Positions 25,018-34,677 of a stretch of 64,000 nt of DNA are shown here, one piece after another. The notes below the pieces were generated by a model that was not told where the DNA came from, did no database searches, and worked only from the letters and a program-made list of their open reading frames with translations. This DNA is from Treponema rectale (GTDB lineage: Bacteria > Spirochaetota > Spirochaetia > Treponematales > Treponemataceae), in contig NZ_JACHFR010000003.1 in the NCBI RefSeq assembly GCF_014202035.1, positions 311,223-375,222 of the forward strand. Reading direction: 5' to 3'. The position numbers were made by a program, and so were the translations under genes. The first letter of the stretch is position 1, and every line of letters starts with the position of its first letter.

Positions 25018-25890
25018 ATGAAGGACATCAAATCAATCTTACAAAATGCAGACTCAGTTCTCATCGGTGCCGGGGCAGGGCTTTCAACGTCCAGCGGTTT
25101 TACTTACAGCGGGCCTCGCTTTCAAAAATATTTTGCTGATTTTGAAAGGAAGTACGGTTTTCATGATATGTATTCCGGTGGCTTTACGGCTTTTGAAAGT
25201 CTTGAAGAAAACTGGGCCTACTGGAGCCGGCAGATTTATCTGAATCGTTTTGTAAAAGCTCCTTTGCCTGTCTATGAAAAACTTTTTGAGCTTGTGAAGG
25301 AAAAAAACTATTTTGTCCTTACGACCAATGTTGACCACTGCTTTCAGAAGGCCGGTTTTGATAAATCAAGGCTCTTCTACACTCAGGGTGATTACGGACT
25401 CTGGCAGTGTTCTGAAGCATGTCACAAGAAAACTTACGACAATCAAGCTACGGTTGAAAATATGCTTTTGGCCCAGGGCTTTGTAATTCAAAGTGATGGC
25501 AGTCTTGAACTACCGGAAAATGGCTTTGAAGGAATCAAAATGACTGTTCCGTCAGAACTGGTTCCCCGCTGTCCTGCTTGCGGAAAGCCCATGACAATGA
25601 ACCTGCGCTGTGACGATACTTTTGTGGAAGATGATGGCTGGCACTCTGCGGCATTACGCTATGAGGATTTTCTGAATAAGAACAAAGACGGTCGTATTGT
25701 TTTTCTGGAGCTTGGTGTTGGCGGTAATACTCCTGGAATCATCAAATATCCTTTCTGGAAGATGACTTATGCTAATCCAAAAGCAAAATACATCTGCATA
25801 AACAAGGGTGAAGCAGTAGTTCCGAAAGAAATTGAAAATCAGAGTATTTGCGTGAATAATGATATTTATGAGGTTTTAAAAAGCTTATGA
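25018..25890 (+). CDS. SIR2-like protein (sirtuin fold: GAGAG NAD-binding loop, TTNVD motif, CxxxC...CxxC zinc knuckle; no obvious catalytic HG)
   Basis: LIGAGAGLSTSSGF, VLTTNVDHCFQKAGF, WQCSEACHK...PRCPACGKPM. Strong AAGGAGG RBS before the ATG at 25018. Its stop overlaps the next gene's start. Confidence 0.7.
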   Translation: MKDIKSILQNADSVLIGAGAGLSTSSGFTYSGPRFQKYFADFERKYGFHDMYSGGFTAFESLEENWAYWSRQIYLNRFVKAPLPVYEKLFELVKEKNYFVLTTNVDHCFQKAGFDKSRLFYTQGDYGLWQCSEACHKKTYDNQATVENMLLAQGFVIQSDGSLELPENGFEGIKMTVPSELVPRCPACGKPMTMNLRCDDTFVEDDGWHSAALRYEDFLNKNKDGRIVFLELGVGGNTPGIIKYPFWKMTYANPKAKYICINKGEAVVPKEIENQSICVNNDIYEVLKSL

Positions 25891-26792
25891 CACAGGCAGA
25901 ACGCAGATTATATTTGATAACAGAACTCCTAAAAGAAGATAAGGGAAGTGCAGGCTTTAATCTGGGTCTTGTGCCAGGAAATGAAGGCGGCTTTGTGATT
26001 CCTGATGATGAAAAAAGTCAGCGAGATATACTGAGGGCTTTGATGAATATTCGTGGTCCATATTCCATTAGCGAAGACTTTTTGAGAATACAGGATGAGT
26101 ACCTGCAGCAGGTTAATAAAGAGCGGGGGATTACGGATATTGAAGACTTGGAATGTGTAAAAGAGATTGTCGGGGCAAGCCCGACAATGACACAAGTTGC
26201 AAGTCCGTCAACGACAAAGGATGTCATTCCCGTGCTTGACACGGGAATCTCAAAGAAACTTTATCTCTGGCAGGGTGACATCACTACGCTAAAAGTTGAT
26301 GCAATTGTTAATGCTGCAAACTCTGCCCTGCTAGGCTGCTTTGCGCCGCTTCACATCTGTATAGACAACTGTATCCACACCTATGCAGGTATTCAGCTGC
26401 GGCTTGCCTGTAACGAGCTGATGCAAAAACAGGGACACGAAGAAGAAAACGGACTTTGTAAAATCACCCCGGCCTTTAATCTTCCAAGCCGTTATGTTTT
26501 GCACACTGTCGGCCCCATTATTTACACAAGTGCAGGGCCTCGCGAAAAGTTTCTGCTTGCAAACTGCTACAAAAACTGCCTTGAAACTGCGGCACAAAAT
26601 CAGCTTGAATCGGTTGCCTTCTGCTGTATTTCTACCGGAGTCTTCAGATTCCCTCAGGACCTTGCTGCTCAGATTGCAGTTGCGACGGTAGAAAAGTGGC
26701 TTTCAGAAAATCCAGATTCCAGCGTGAAGAAGATTGTCTTTAATGTCTTTGGAAATAAGGATCTGGAGATTTATCAGGGGCTTTTACTTTAG
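25887..26792 (+). CDS. Macro-domain protein (MacroD-type ADP-ribose hydrolase fold) with a ~120-aa unknown N-terminal extension
   Basis: LYLWQGDITTLKVDAIVNAANSALLG...ITPAFNLPSRYVLHTVGP matches the macro consensus. Cys/His-rich insertion CFAPLHICIDNCIH. Confidence 0.75.
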   Translation: MTQAERRLYLITELLKEDKGSAGFNLGLVPGNEGGFVIPDDEKSQRDILRALMNIRGPYSISEDFLRIQDEYLQQVNKERGITDIEDLECVKEIVGASPTMTQVASPSTTKDVIPVLDTGISKKLYLWQGDITTLKVDAIVNAANSALLGCFAPLHICIDNCIHTYAGIQLRLACNELMQKQGHEEENGLCKITPAFNLPSRYVLHTVGPIIYTSAGPREKFLLANCYKNCLETAAQNQLESVAFCCISTGVFRFPQDLAAQIAVATVEKWLSENPDSSVKKIVFNVFGNKDLEIYQGLLL

Positions 26793-26805
26793 GGCGGGAT
26801 GTCGT

Positions 26806-27096
26806 TTACAATTCATGATAATAAGGACAGATATTTTCAAAATGTCCGTCCTTCATTCTAAATCCTTTTGGAATTGTGCCCAGCTGTACAAAGCCCAGTC
26901 GCTCATACAAATGGCGGGCGTGAATATTGCTTTCTTTTTCTGCAACACAAGATAAGGTTTGTCCTGCAAAAAAAGCCTTGCCGCTTTCTGGAGTCAGCAG
27001 ATCTTCCTGCGGAAACGCAATTCCATCTTCTACAACTTCGTTCCAGATTTGAATCATTGCTGTAAGATCTTTTTCTTCGTATTTTCTGACTGTCAT
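26806..27096 (-). CDS. GNAT-family acetyltransferase, apparently internally truncated (~96 aa)
   Basis: N-terminal IRKYEEKDLTAMIQIWNE and C-terminal HARHLYERLGFVQLG motifs are present. The central acetyl-CoA binding motif is missing. Confidence 0.4.
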   Translation of the reverse strand: MTVRKYEEKDLTAMIQIWNEVVEDGIAFPQEDLLTPESGKAFFAGQTLSCVAEKESNIHARHLYERLGFVQLGTIPKGFRMKDGHFENICPYYHEL

Positions 27097-27319
27097 ATAA
27101 ACCCTTTTATTTAAATATAACAAAAAACTGACTCAGAGAAAATAACAAAAAAACACAGTTGAACGTTATAAAAATAATGAACTGGCTTGAACACGAGCGG
27201 AAATTTTCAGAGCAATGTAACGCGAAACTTATCAAATGGTAGAAAAGCGAAGAAATCAGTTATGATGCTCTCCGTGATGATTACATTTTGCTTCAATGTT
27301 TGGTTTGAGCTCATCTTTT

Positions 27320-27361
27320 GCAAAAAAAATATGGCGGGATGGCATGATGTCCGTTCCCGCC
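27320..27361 (-). terminator. Rho-independent terminator for the epimerase gene
   Basis: GGCGGGA...TCCCGCC stem with T-run on the minus strand. Confidence 0.5.
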
Positions 27362-27376
27362 GTTATCAATCACTTC

Positions 27377-28402
27377 TTAAGAAAGAATTTTTCCACTTGC
27401 CTTGAGCCATTCAATTTCATCATGCATAGTTTCGCGATAACTTCTTGTTGTGTAGCCCAGTTCCTTACGAGCCTTGCTTGAATCAAAATTGTTGTTGCGG
27501 GCAAGATTGTATACGGCAAAAGTTGTCATAAGAGGGCGTTTTCCTTTTTTCTTAGCCTGCTTTTCCATGATTTTTGCAATGAAGTTTGCAAGTTTTACGG
27601 GGATAAAGGTCTTCATTCTTTTGCAGCCGGACTCTTCGCTTAAAAGGCGGGCAAAATCGCGGAAAGAAACTTCATCATTTCCAAGAATGTAACACTGGCT
27701 CTTCTGACCTTTATCTGCTGCAAGAATTGCACCGTGAGCAAGATCGCGAACATCGCAAAGATTAAAGGAACCGTCAATTCCTGCAGGCATTTCGCCATTG
27801 ATTATTTGAATCAGAACCTTTGTTGTTTCACCAACTGCAAAATCTTCCGGGCCAAGAATTCCACTGGGATGAATTACACAGGCATTAAGGCCTTCTTCTG
27901 CTGCATCAAGAACCGCCTGAGTTGCAAGTGCCTTTGACTGACTGTAACAGCCCAAAACTTTGTCAGCATCAAAATGATTTACTTCGCCAATTTTATTTCC
28001 CTTTGGAAGTTCAGGAATTGCCCCTGTACTTGAGCAGTAAACAAGCTTCTTACATTCAGTATGTTTTTTGCAAAGCTCAATTATGTTTTTTGTTCCCCCA
28101 ACATTTACATCCATAACCTTCTGATTGTAATCAGGATTTACGGTAACAATACTTGCAATATGCATTGCAATACTTTCGTAACCTTCAGGAATAGTGAAGA
28201 ATTTTTCGAGGGAAGCTATATCAGTAAGGTCTCCACGTATAATTTCAGCTTCGCCTGGTACGAATTTTTCAGCCGGGTCGTTAGGAATAACAAAGGCTCT
28301 GACCATTTCTCCCCGTTCAATAAGCTGACGGCAGATTGTTCCGCCTAAAAAGCCTGTGGCTCCAGTTACCAGATAAATTGTTTTGTTCATTGTCTTTTCC
28401 AT
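27377..28402 (-). CDS. NAD-dependent epimerase/dehydratase (extended SDR family)
   Basis: TGATGFLG Rossmann motif and YxxxK (YSQSK). Start at MEKTMNKTIYLV with GGAG RBS; the ORF is open further upstream. Confidence 0.8.
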   Translation of the reverse strand: MEKTMNKTIYLVTGATGFLGGTICRQLIERGEMVRAFVIPNDPAEKFVPGEAEIIRGDLTDIASLEKFFTIPEGYESIAMHIASIVTVNPDYNQKVMDVNVGGTKNIIELCKKHTECKKLVYCSSTGAIPELPKGNKIGEVNHFDADKVLGCYSQSKALATQAVLDAAEEGLNACVIHPSGILGPEDFAVGETTKVLIQIINGEMPAGIDGSFNLCDVRDLAHGAILAADKGQKSQCYILGNDEVSFRDFARLLSEESGCKRMKTFIPVKLANFIAKIMEKQAKKKGKRPLMTTFAVYNLARNNNFDSSKARKELGYTTRSYRETMHDEIEWLKASGKILS

Positions 28403-28595
28403 ATTTTCTCCTTTGACAGGCCGCTTGTGGCCTGTGTTTTTAGTTAGGTTTTCATAGTTTATGACTTGAATATAAGCCTCCCATATTTTCAAAATGTTTA
28501 CTAAATGTTGCTGAAATATTAAAAATTTGAATTTTGAAAGAAATTCTCGTTCATTTTTGTGAAATTTCGGGGTGGGGCGTGTTATAATTTTTTTT

Positions 28596-29273
28596 ATGAT
28601 TAAGATTCTGGTTGTCGAAGATGATGCGGGGTTAAATATGACCGTTTGTGCTTTTTTAAGGAAAAACGGGTATGATGTCATCGGCTGCATGCATGCAAAT
28701 GATGCCTATAACGCAATGTACAACACTCTCTTTGATTTAATAATTTCGGATGTGATGATGCCTCAGATTGATGGCTTCGAATTTGCCGAAACTGTAAGAA
28801 AAATCAATCAGACAATTCCAATTATTTTTATGACTGCACGAGATGATTTTACTTCAAAGCAGAAAGGCTTTGCTGCCGGCATAGATGATTATCTTGTTAA
28901 GCCTGTTGATTTAGATGAACTTCTCCTCCGTATTTCAGCCATTTTAAGAAGGGCAAAAATATCTCAAAGCAAAAAAGTGACAGTCGGCTCGTTGACGCTG
29001 GATGCAGATGCAGTTTCAGCTATTTCTGATGGAAAAGAAATCCAGCTTACAACCCGAGAGTTTAATCTGATTTATAAACTTCTTTCTTACCCAAACAAAA
29101 CCTTTACCAGAGTTCAGCTTATGGATGAATTTTGGGATGCAGATTCCAATGCAACTCCCCGTGCAATAGATGTTTATATTACAAAAATCCGCGAAAAGCT
29201 TTCTGAAGCCGGCTGCTCTGGTTTTGAAATTGCCACAGTACATGGACTTGGTTATAAGGCGGTTGTAAGATGA
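28596..29273 (+). CDS. Response regulator, OmpR/PhoB family
   Basis: KILVVEDD receiver; C-terminal trans_reg_C. Confidence 0.85.
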   Translation: MIKILVVEDDAGLNMTVCAFLRKNGYDVIGCMHANDAYNAMYNTLFDLIISDVMMPQIDGFEFAETVRKINQTIPIIFMTARDDFTSKQKGFAAGIDDYLVKPVDLDELLLRISAILRRAKISQSKKVTVGSLTLDADAVSAISDGKEIQLTTREFNLIYKLLSYPNKTFTRVQLMDEFWDADSNATPRAIDVYITKIREKLSEAGCSGFEIATVHGLGYKAVVR

Positions 29274-30310
29274 TAGAAGAATCTGAAAGAAAAAGCCGTT
29301 TCCCAATAGGTCTTTATTGGATAGTTCTTGGAATGCTACTTGGAACGGCCGGTATAAATATTGCCATCATCCTTTTGGGACTTAAATACAACTGGCAGGC
29401 TATCATTTTTGTTCATTTAGTCATCTTCTATTGGCTTCTTGTTTCTGCTCTGATTGTTCTATATATAAAGCATAAAATTCACAAAACCTACGAGATTCCC
29501 CTTCAGAAAATTTCAGAAGCTACAGAAAAAGTTTCAAAGGGAGATTTTTCAGTTTCGGTTCCAACAGTAAATCCTCCCGAAAAATATGATTATCTTGATT
29601 ATATGATTTTAGATTTAAACAAGATGATTGAAGATTTAAATGGCATTGAAACCCTTCGTACAGATTTTATTTCTAACGTTTCGCATGAACTAAAAACTCC
29701 TCTCGCAGTAATGCAAAATTATGCAAGACTTCTTCAAACTCCTGATTTGACGGAAGAAAACCGCCAGGAATACGCCAGGGCAATTTTTCATAATTCCCGG
29801 CAGCTTACATTACTTATAACAAATATCCTAAAATTGAATAAACTTGAAAATCAACAGATTTATCCAAAAGTTCCTCCTTATGATTTAGGAGAAGAGCTTC
29901 GGGAATGCCTTCTCACTTTTGAAGATTCCTGGACCGCAAAAAATCTGGAGCTGGAAGTTGAAATTGAAGATGGAATAATGACCACTACCGACAGTCAGCT
30001 TTTAAGCCTCATCTGGAATAATTTTATTTCAAACGCAATTAAGTTTACTCCCGAAAATGGAAAAATAATCGTACGTCTTCGCAAAATCGGGGAAGTGATA
30101 CAGGTGAGCGTTCAGGATTCTGGCTGCGGTATGGATGAAAAAACACTCAGCCACATTTTTGAAAAATTCTACCAGGGCGACACGAGTCACGCTACAAAAG
30201 GAAACGGACTTGGGCTTGCCTTAGCAGCAAGAGTTGCAGATATTTGCAGGGGAAAAATCCGCGTAGAAAGCAGTCCTGATAAAGGTTCTGTTTTTTACTT
30301 TGAATTTTAG
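29270..30310 (+). CDS. Sensor histidine kinase (EnvZ-like; two TM, HisKA FISNVSHELKTPL, HATPase_c)
   Basis: H-box and N/G1/G2 boxes (DSGCGMD, GNGLGLAL). Confidence 0.85.
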   Translation: MIEESERKSRFPIGLYWIVLGMLLGTAGINIAIILLGLKYNWQAIIFVHLVIFYWLLVSALIVLYIKHKIHKTYEIPLQKISEATEKVSKGDFSVSVPTVNPPEKYDYLDYMILDLNKMIEDLNGIETLRTDFISNVSHELKTPLAVMQNYARLLQTPDLTEENRQEYARAIFHNSRQLTLLITNILKLNKLENQQIYPKVPPYDLGEELRECLLTFEDSWTAKNLELEVEIEDGIMTTTDSQLLSLIWNNFISNAIKFTPENGKIIVRLRKIGEVIQVSVQDSGCGMDEKTLSHIFEKFYQGDTSHATKGNGLGLALAARVADICRGKIRVESSPDKGSVFYFEF

Positions 30311-30484
30311 ATGAAGGTCGTTTCCACCTGCCTTAGTTTTCCTTACTTTCGTCCTTTTAAAAAATCACTGCAAAAACGAATGATATTACGTCGCTGATTA
30401 TAGAAGCCCAGAGCATGGTGACGATGTTGTGACTGGTCATTGCCAGAATAATTGAAGAAGGCACAAAGACGATTACATCTTTTA

Positions 30485-32071
30485 TTATTTATCCCATATT
30501 CTGTAGTTCATTTCAAAAGCTGTAATGCAGGTGTCTGAATATTTTGTTCCCTTGTATACTTCTTTTATTGTAAGTTTGATGTGTTTTGTTTCTTTTGGAA
30601 GTTCAATTTTGGTAAACTCTACAGCATCATTAAAAATCAGCTCTGTTGAAAAACCTGTATCTGTCTGGACTAAAAGTTTTTTAATACGGTTATTCTGTTT
30701 AAAAAGATAAGGCTTTAGCGGATCAACATAGCCGTTGAGAATCCTGAAATTTATTCCTTCAATAGCTTCCCAAGCTTCCCAGGTCTGAGGAATTATATCG
30801 AATTCAATTGTTTCTCCGATTCCGTCATCTTCCTGGCCTTCTACCCACGGGATATTATTTTTGCACCACTTGGTTTCAGATTCTAGTGGATTGAAAACCT
30901 GAAGTGTACCTTCAATTTTGTATTCATAATGTTTATCTTTGAGAGTAGAAGACGCTTTTGGATTTGCAAAATGGGAACCGTTGCTTGTACGCATATTTGG
31001 AAGGAATTCCATAGTCTCTACAAGATTGCTTTTATCTGTAAACTGATTTGCAATGGCATCTTTATCAGAGGTTAAGGAATTTCCTGTATATGCAAAAAGA
31101 GCATATATGTCTTCACCGTCAATCAAAAGAAATTTTTGAGTGCCATTTTCATCAATTAATTCAAGATGTTTCCACCCCATTTCATCCTGATACATTTTAT
31201 AGCATTCAAAAATCTTGAATACGTTATATTCCCAGTCACTTTTTTTTAGTAGAGATGCAGCTTTATCACTTAGATAAACTTTTTTTGAAGTGCCGTCATC
31301 ATTATAAAAGTACCAGCTTCTGTAAAAATCTACAGATTTTGAAATAAGGTTTTCTTCTTCAGTTTGCAATTCTTTAATAGGGAACTGGTGAGCTATGTAC
31401 TTGATTTCTTCTTCATATTCGTCGTGAGTCGGGTATGAAGAAGGAATATAAGGGTCTAAAATAAAAAGTCTTTTATTGTAAAATTCAGCACCGTAGTTAT
31501 TGCCCTGCAGGTAGTTGTTGTCTCGTAATAATAGTTCCTCTTTTTTATTTTCGATATTTTCTGATGCGGGGTATGTTACTTCAATAAGAAATTTTTCGCC
31601 TTTACGAGAAATAGAAAATATTCGCTGAGTGTTTGAATCTGTGTATGTACCACATATTCTTTCAAATCTGTTCAGGCATTTCTTTTTTATTTCGGGAATA
31701 AGTTCTTTTTCATTTTTTGCATCCAAACGGATGTATGTACCATCAAATTCCCTGATAGAAAGAAGCTTTCCATTTTTGATTTTGTAATCAAGTTTTATTT
31801 TTGGATAATTGTTTGGGAAGAAGCCGGTTCTTGATTCAATTGAAGTTTTTGTTGTTTTATTTATGAAATTTATTTCAAACTTAGTTTTGTTTAATGTGCT
31901 GCCGTCAAAATTGAAGTAGATGACACTACCTTCTTCTTCATTATAAAAATATCCGGAGTTTTTAGATAGAATTGATTTGAAATCTTCTATTTCGTCTGCA
32001 TATGAAAATACAGAAACTACAGCAAATAAAACTAAAACAGTAAACATTTTTTTGATAAAATATGACTTCAT
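30485..32071 (-). CDS. Hypothetical secreted protein (528 aa) with signal peptide
   Basis: MKSYFIKKMFTVLVLFAVVSVFSYA signal. Confidence 0.55.
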   Translation of the reverse strand: MKSYFIKKMFTVLVLFAVVSVFSYADEIEDFKSILSKNSGYFYNEEEGSVIYFNFDGSTLNKTKFEINFINKTTKTSIESRTGFFPNNYPKIKLDYKIKNGKLLSIREFDGTYIRLDAKNEKELIPEIKKKCLNRFERICGTYTDSNTQRIFSISRKGEKFLIEVTYPASENIENKKEELLLRDNNYLQGNNYGAEFYNKRLFILDPYIPSSYPTHDEYEEEIKYIAHQFPIKELQTEEENLISKSVDFYRSWYFYNDDGTSKKVYLSDKAASLLKKSDWEYNVFKIFECYKMYQDEMGWKHLELIDENGTQKFLLIDGEDIYALFAYTGNSLTSDKDAIANQFTDKSNLVETMEFLPNMRTSNGSHFANPKASSTLKDKHYEYKIEGTLQVFNPLESETKWCKNNIPWVEGQEDDGIGETIEFDIIPQTWEAWEAIEGINFRILNGYVDPLKPYLFKQNNRIKKLLVQTDTGFSTELIFNDAVEFTKIELPKETKHIKLTIKEVYKGTKYSDTCITAFEMNYRIWDK

Positions 32072-32216
32072 GAAATTATTATATCATTATTTTTACAGAT
32101 TGTTGAGGAAGATTTTTTATGCAGGTATGAATAATAGAATTCTAGATTGTATCTGCGGACTTTCACCTGTTACCAGGTTTGTTGTATCCGGGAAATAATT
32201 TTTTCAAAGGACGATT

Positions 32217-32715
32217 TTACTTCAACAAGCCTTCAAGATAATTTTTTACTTCTGCTTCACTTGTACGGGTAAAATCTTTTCCGCCCTTATAGTCACAGCC
32301 TTTTGCCAAGCCCGCTGCTTCCGCTTGTGCAGAGTGTGCCAAGTTTTTTACCCGACCAGTTTTGGTTTTCAACAAATGTGCAGACGATTTTTGGTGCGCG
32401 TCCCCACCAGATTGGATAGCAGAGCACAATAGTGTCATAGTCTGAAATGTCGATTTTATTTGCAATTGCAGGACGGTTTTCAGGATCGTTGCATTCCACT
32501 GTAGCCCGAGATTTTTTGTTACGCCAGTTAAGGTCGGCCTTTGTGTATTTTTGAACTGGCTGAATCTCAAAAATGTCGGCTTCCATCGCATGAGCGGCAT
32601 TCTTTGCCATGCGCTCGGTTGTTCCTGTTGCGCTGAAGTAAACAAATGCTGTTTTAGCAAAGGCTCCCGTCATAAGAAGCCCTCCGACTAAAAGGGTAAG
32701 AATAAGTTTTTTCAT
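32217..32715 (-). pseudogene. Secreted flavodoxin (Flavodoxin_4-like) with a frame change near its 3' end (frameshift, recombination junction or sequencing error)
   Basis: Frame A gives signal peptide + VYFSATGTTERMAK...TSGSSGLGK then a stop. Frame B continues ..GCDYKGGKDFTRTSEAEVKNYLEGLLK. The switch falls at the boundary of the 54-bp repeat 32237-32290. Confidence 0.45.
32237..32290. repeat. 54-bp direct repeat, copy 1 (3' end of flavodoxin)
   Basis: Identical to 35439-35492. Confidence 0.7.
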
Positions 32716-32729
32716 TTTGTTCCTCCTGT

Positions 32730-33209
32730 TTATTCTAATATTTCAAATACCGCAGTCACATCACCCTTGCCCAGAATCTTTTTGAGTTCAGCTTGTGTTA
32801 TTTCGTTTACTTTTCCAAGGCGGGTAAAGTTCCAGCTGTTAGTGTCATAGTAAATTGTAATCTGATTTCCCTGATACAAAATGATGTCGCCGGCAGTGGT
32901 TGTAATCTGGGTGTCGTTTCGAGGAAGTGATGTACCAAGCGAACCAACTTTTTCAAAGCTGCCGTAATCGTGCATATCAACTGTAAGCGGACCCTTTTTC
33001 AAAAGCTCGTAAAAAGCTGTGGCAGAAGAATTGTCGGCCAGGGTAGCGGTAAGTTTATGGTTGCCACTGTCGCTTGTAATTTGAATTGAAATTTTCATAT
33101 CAGAAAGTTCTCCTTTATCTGATGATTTTGTCTCCTTACTGTTTCTGTTTGCGCAGGCTGTAGAAGCAAGAAGAAAAACAGAAATTAGAAACGCAAATAA
33201 TCTTTTCAT
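32730..33209 (-). CDS. Lipoprotein, cyclophilin-like fold family (tentative)
   Basis: Signal + lipobox LLASTAC; no stronger motif. Confidence 0.4.
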   Translation of the reverse strand: MKRLFAFLISVFLLASTACANRNSKETKSSDKGELSDMKISIQITSDSGNHKLTATLADNSSATAFYELLKKGPLTVDMHDYGSFEKVGSLGTSLPRNDTQITTTAGDIILYQGNQITIYYDTNSWNFTRLGKVNEITQAELKKILGKGDVTAVFEILE

Positions 33210-33238
33210 GTTCAGATACTCCTTTTGTTTATGCTTTT

Positions 33239-33360
33239 GCGTTAGGGATTGTAGGGGCGGCGAAGCCGTTCGGCAGCAATGGGATTGTCGGGGCTAGCCC
33301 GACAATGACAGTGCGGACGAATGGAGCCGAAAGGCGGAATCCCGAAAAGCCCGGCCAATT
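33239..33360. repeat. GC-rich miniature repeat (reverse orientation)
   Basis: TGCGTTAGGGATTGTAGGGGCGG...GAATGGAGC, i.e. the reverse complement of the family 3' motif. Confidence 0.5.
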
Positions 33361-33393
33361 GCCATGCTGGCAACTGGGAACGCCCAAAATCAC

Positions 33394-34416
33394 TTACTTC
33401 AAATACTTTGCAAAAAACTCTGCAAGTTTATTAAAAGGAATGGCATTGTTTTTTCCGCCGTCGTACAAATCTGTGTGGCTTGCGCCTGGAATAATTACCA
33501 GCTCCTTGTTGTCGCCTGTGAGCCGCTTAAAGGCATCTTCGCCGAAATAACGAGAGTGAGCTTTTTCGCCATGAAGAACCATAACGGCACTCTGGATTTC
33601 TTCGGCATAGGCAAGAAGTTTTGTGTTCAAAAGGGAAGTTGCAGCGGTAACATTCCAGCCTCCGTTAGAATTGAGACTTCTCTCGTGATAGCCGCGTGGA
33701 GTTTTGTAGTAGTCGTAATAATCCTTTACAAAATATGGGGCATCTTCCGGCAGAGGATCTACAACTCCGCCACCAAGCTTGTAAGTACCGCCAGCCTGTA
33801 CTGCCTTAAAATCTTCGATGCGTTGTGTCATAAGAGCCTTGCGGGCCTGGTGTCTTGCTTCTGCATTATTTGCGCTGTCAAAATATCCGTTGGCGGTGAC
33901 ACGACTCATATCGTACATTGTGCTTGCAACAGTTGCCTTAATTCGTGTGTCAATTGCTGCTGTGTTAAGAGCCATTCCACCCCAGCCGCAGATTCCTATG
34001 ATGCCGATTTTTTCAGGATCAATATTTTCCCGGATTGAAAGAAAATCTACTGCCGCCATAAAATCTTCGGTGTTGATGTCGGGACTGTTCATGTAGCGGG
34101 GCTCTCCGCCTGATTCTCCTGTGTAGCTTGGGTCAAAGGCCAGGGCGATGTATCCGCGGGAAGCCATCTGGTTTGCATAAAAACCGGAAGACTGTTCTTT
34201 TACGGCTCCAAAAGGTCCTGAGATTGCAAGGGCCGGACTTTTGCATAAACTGTCATTCTCGCGCTTGACGCGGGAATCTTCCGGTGTATACAAGTCTGCT
34301 GCAAGTTCAATTCCAAAATGATTACGGAAGGTTACGGTTGTTCGTTTTACTCCCCGGGCCAATTCAAAAGTGTAATGCTCGTTTGTTCTATCAATTTTTG
34401 CGAGATTTGAATTCAT
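33394..34416 (-). CDS. Alpha/beta hydrolase (dienelactone hydrolase/peptidase S9-like)
   Basis: GICGWGG nucleophile elbow; catalytic HTD near the C-terminus. Confidence 0.75.
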   Translation of the reverse strand: MNSNLAKIDRTNEHYTFELARGVKRTTVTFRNHFGIELAADLYTPEDSRVKRENDSLCKSPALAISGPFGAVKEQSSGFYANQMASRGYIALAFDPSYTGESGGEPRYMNSPDINTEDFMAAVDFLSIRENIDPEKIGIIGICGWGGMALNTAAIDTRIKATVASTMYDMSRVTANGYFDSANNAEARHQARKALMTQRIEDFKAVQAGGTYKLGGGVVDPLPEDAPYFVKDYYDYYKTPRGYHERSLNSNGGWNVTAATSLLNTKLLAYAEEIQSAVMVLHGEKAHSRYFGEDAFKRLTGDNKELVIIPGASHTDLYDGGKNNAIPFNKLAEFFAKYLK

Positions 34417-34435
34417 CTTTTCCTCCTGTCTGAAT

Positions 34436-34548
34436 GGGCGTTCCCCTTCGGGTCGCTATGTCCGCTCTTCGCTAACGCTCACCGTTCTCGGCTGAAACAA
34501 GTTCAGCCTGCGGTCGGCAAGGAGCTCCCAGCGCTAACGCATTTTTTT
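34436..34548. repeat. GC-rich miniature repeat, well-preserved member
   Basis: GGGCGTTCCCCTTCGGG ... GCGCTAACGCATTTTTTTT. Confidence 0.6.
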
Positions 34549-34677
34549 TCTTTAGTAACGTAGTGTCACTTAACTAAAGTGTATGGTATAATCAGTGACT
34601 TGTCAACACTAAAATGCGATATTAGTGACAAAAAGTTGCTTATTGTAAAAAATCTTTTACTGTGTTATTCTCCAGGT

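Noticed and set aside
33364-34038. Plus-strand 224-aa Cys-rich ORF
   Set aside because: It lies entirely antisense to the well-supported alpha/beta hydrolase gene 33394..34416.
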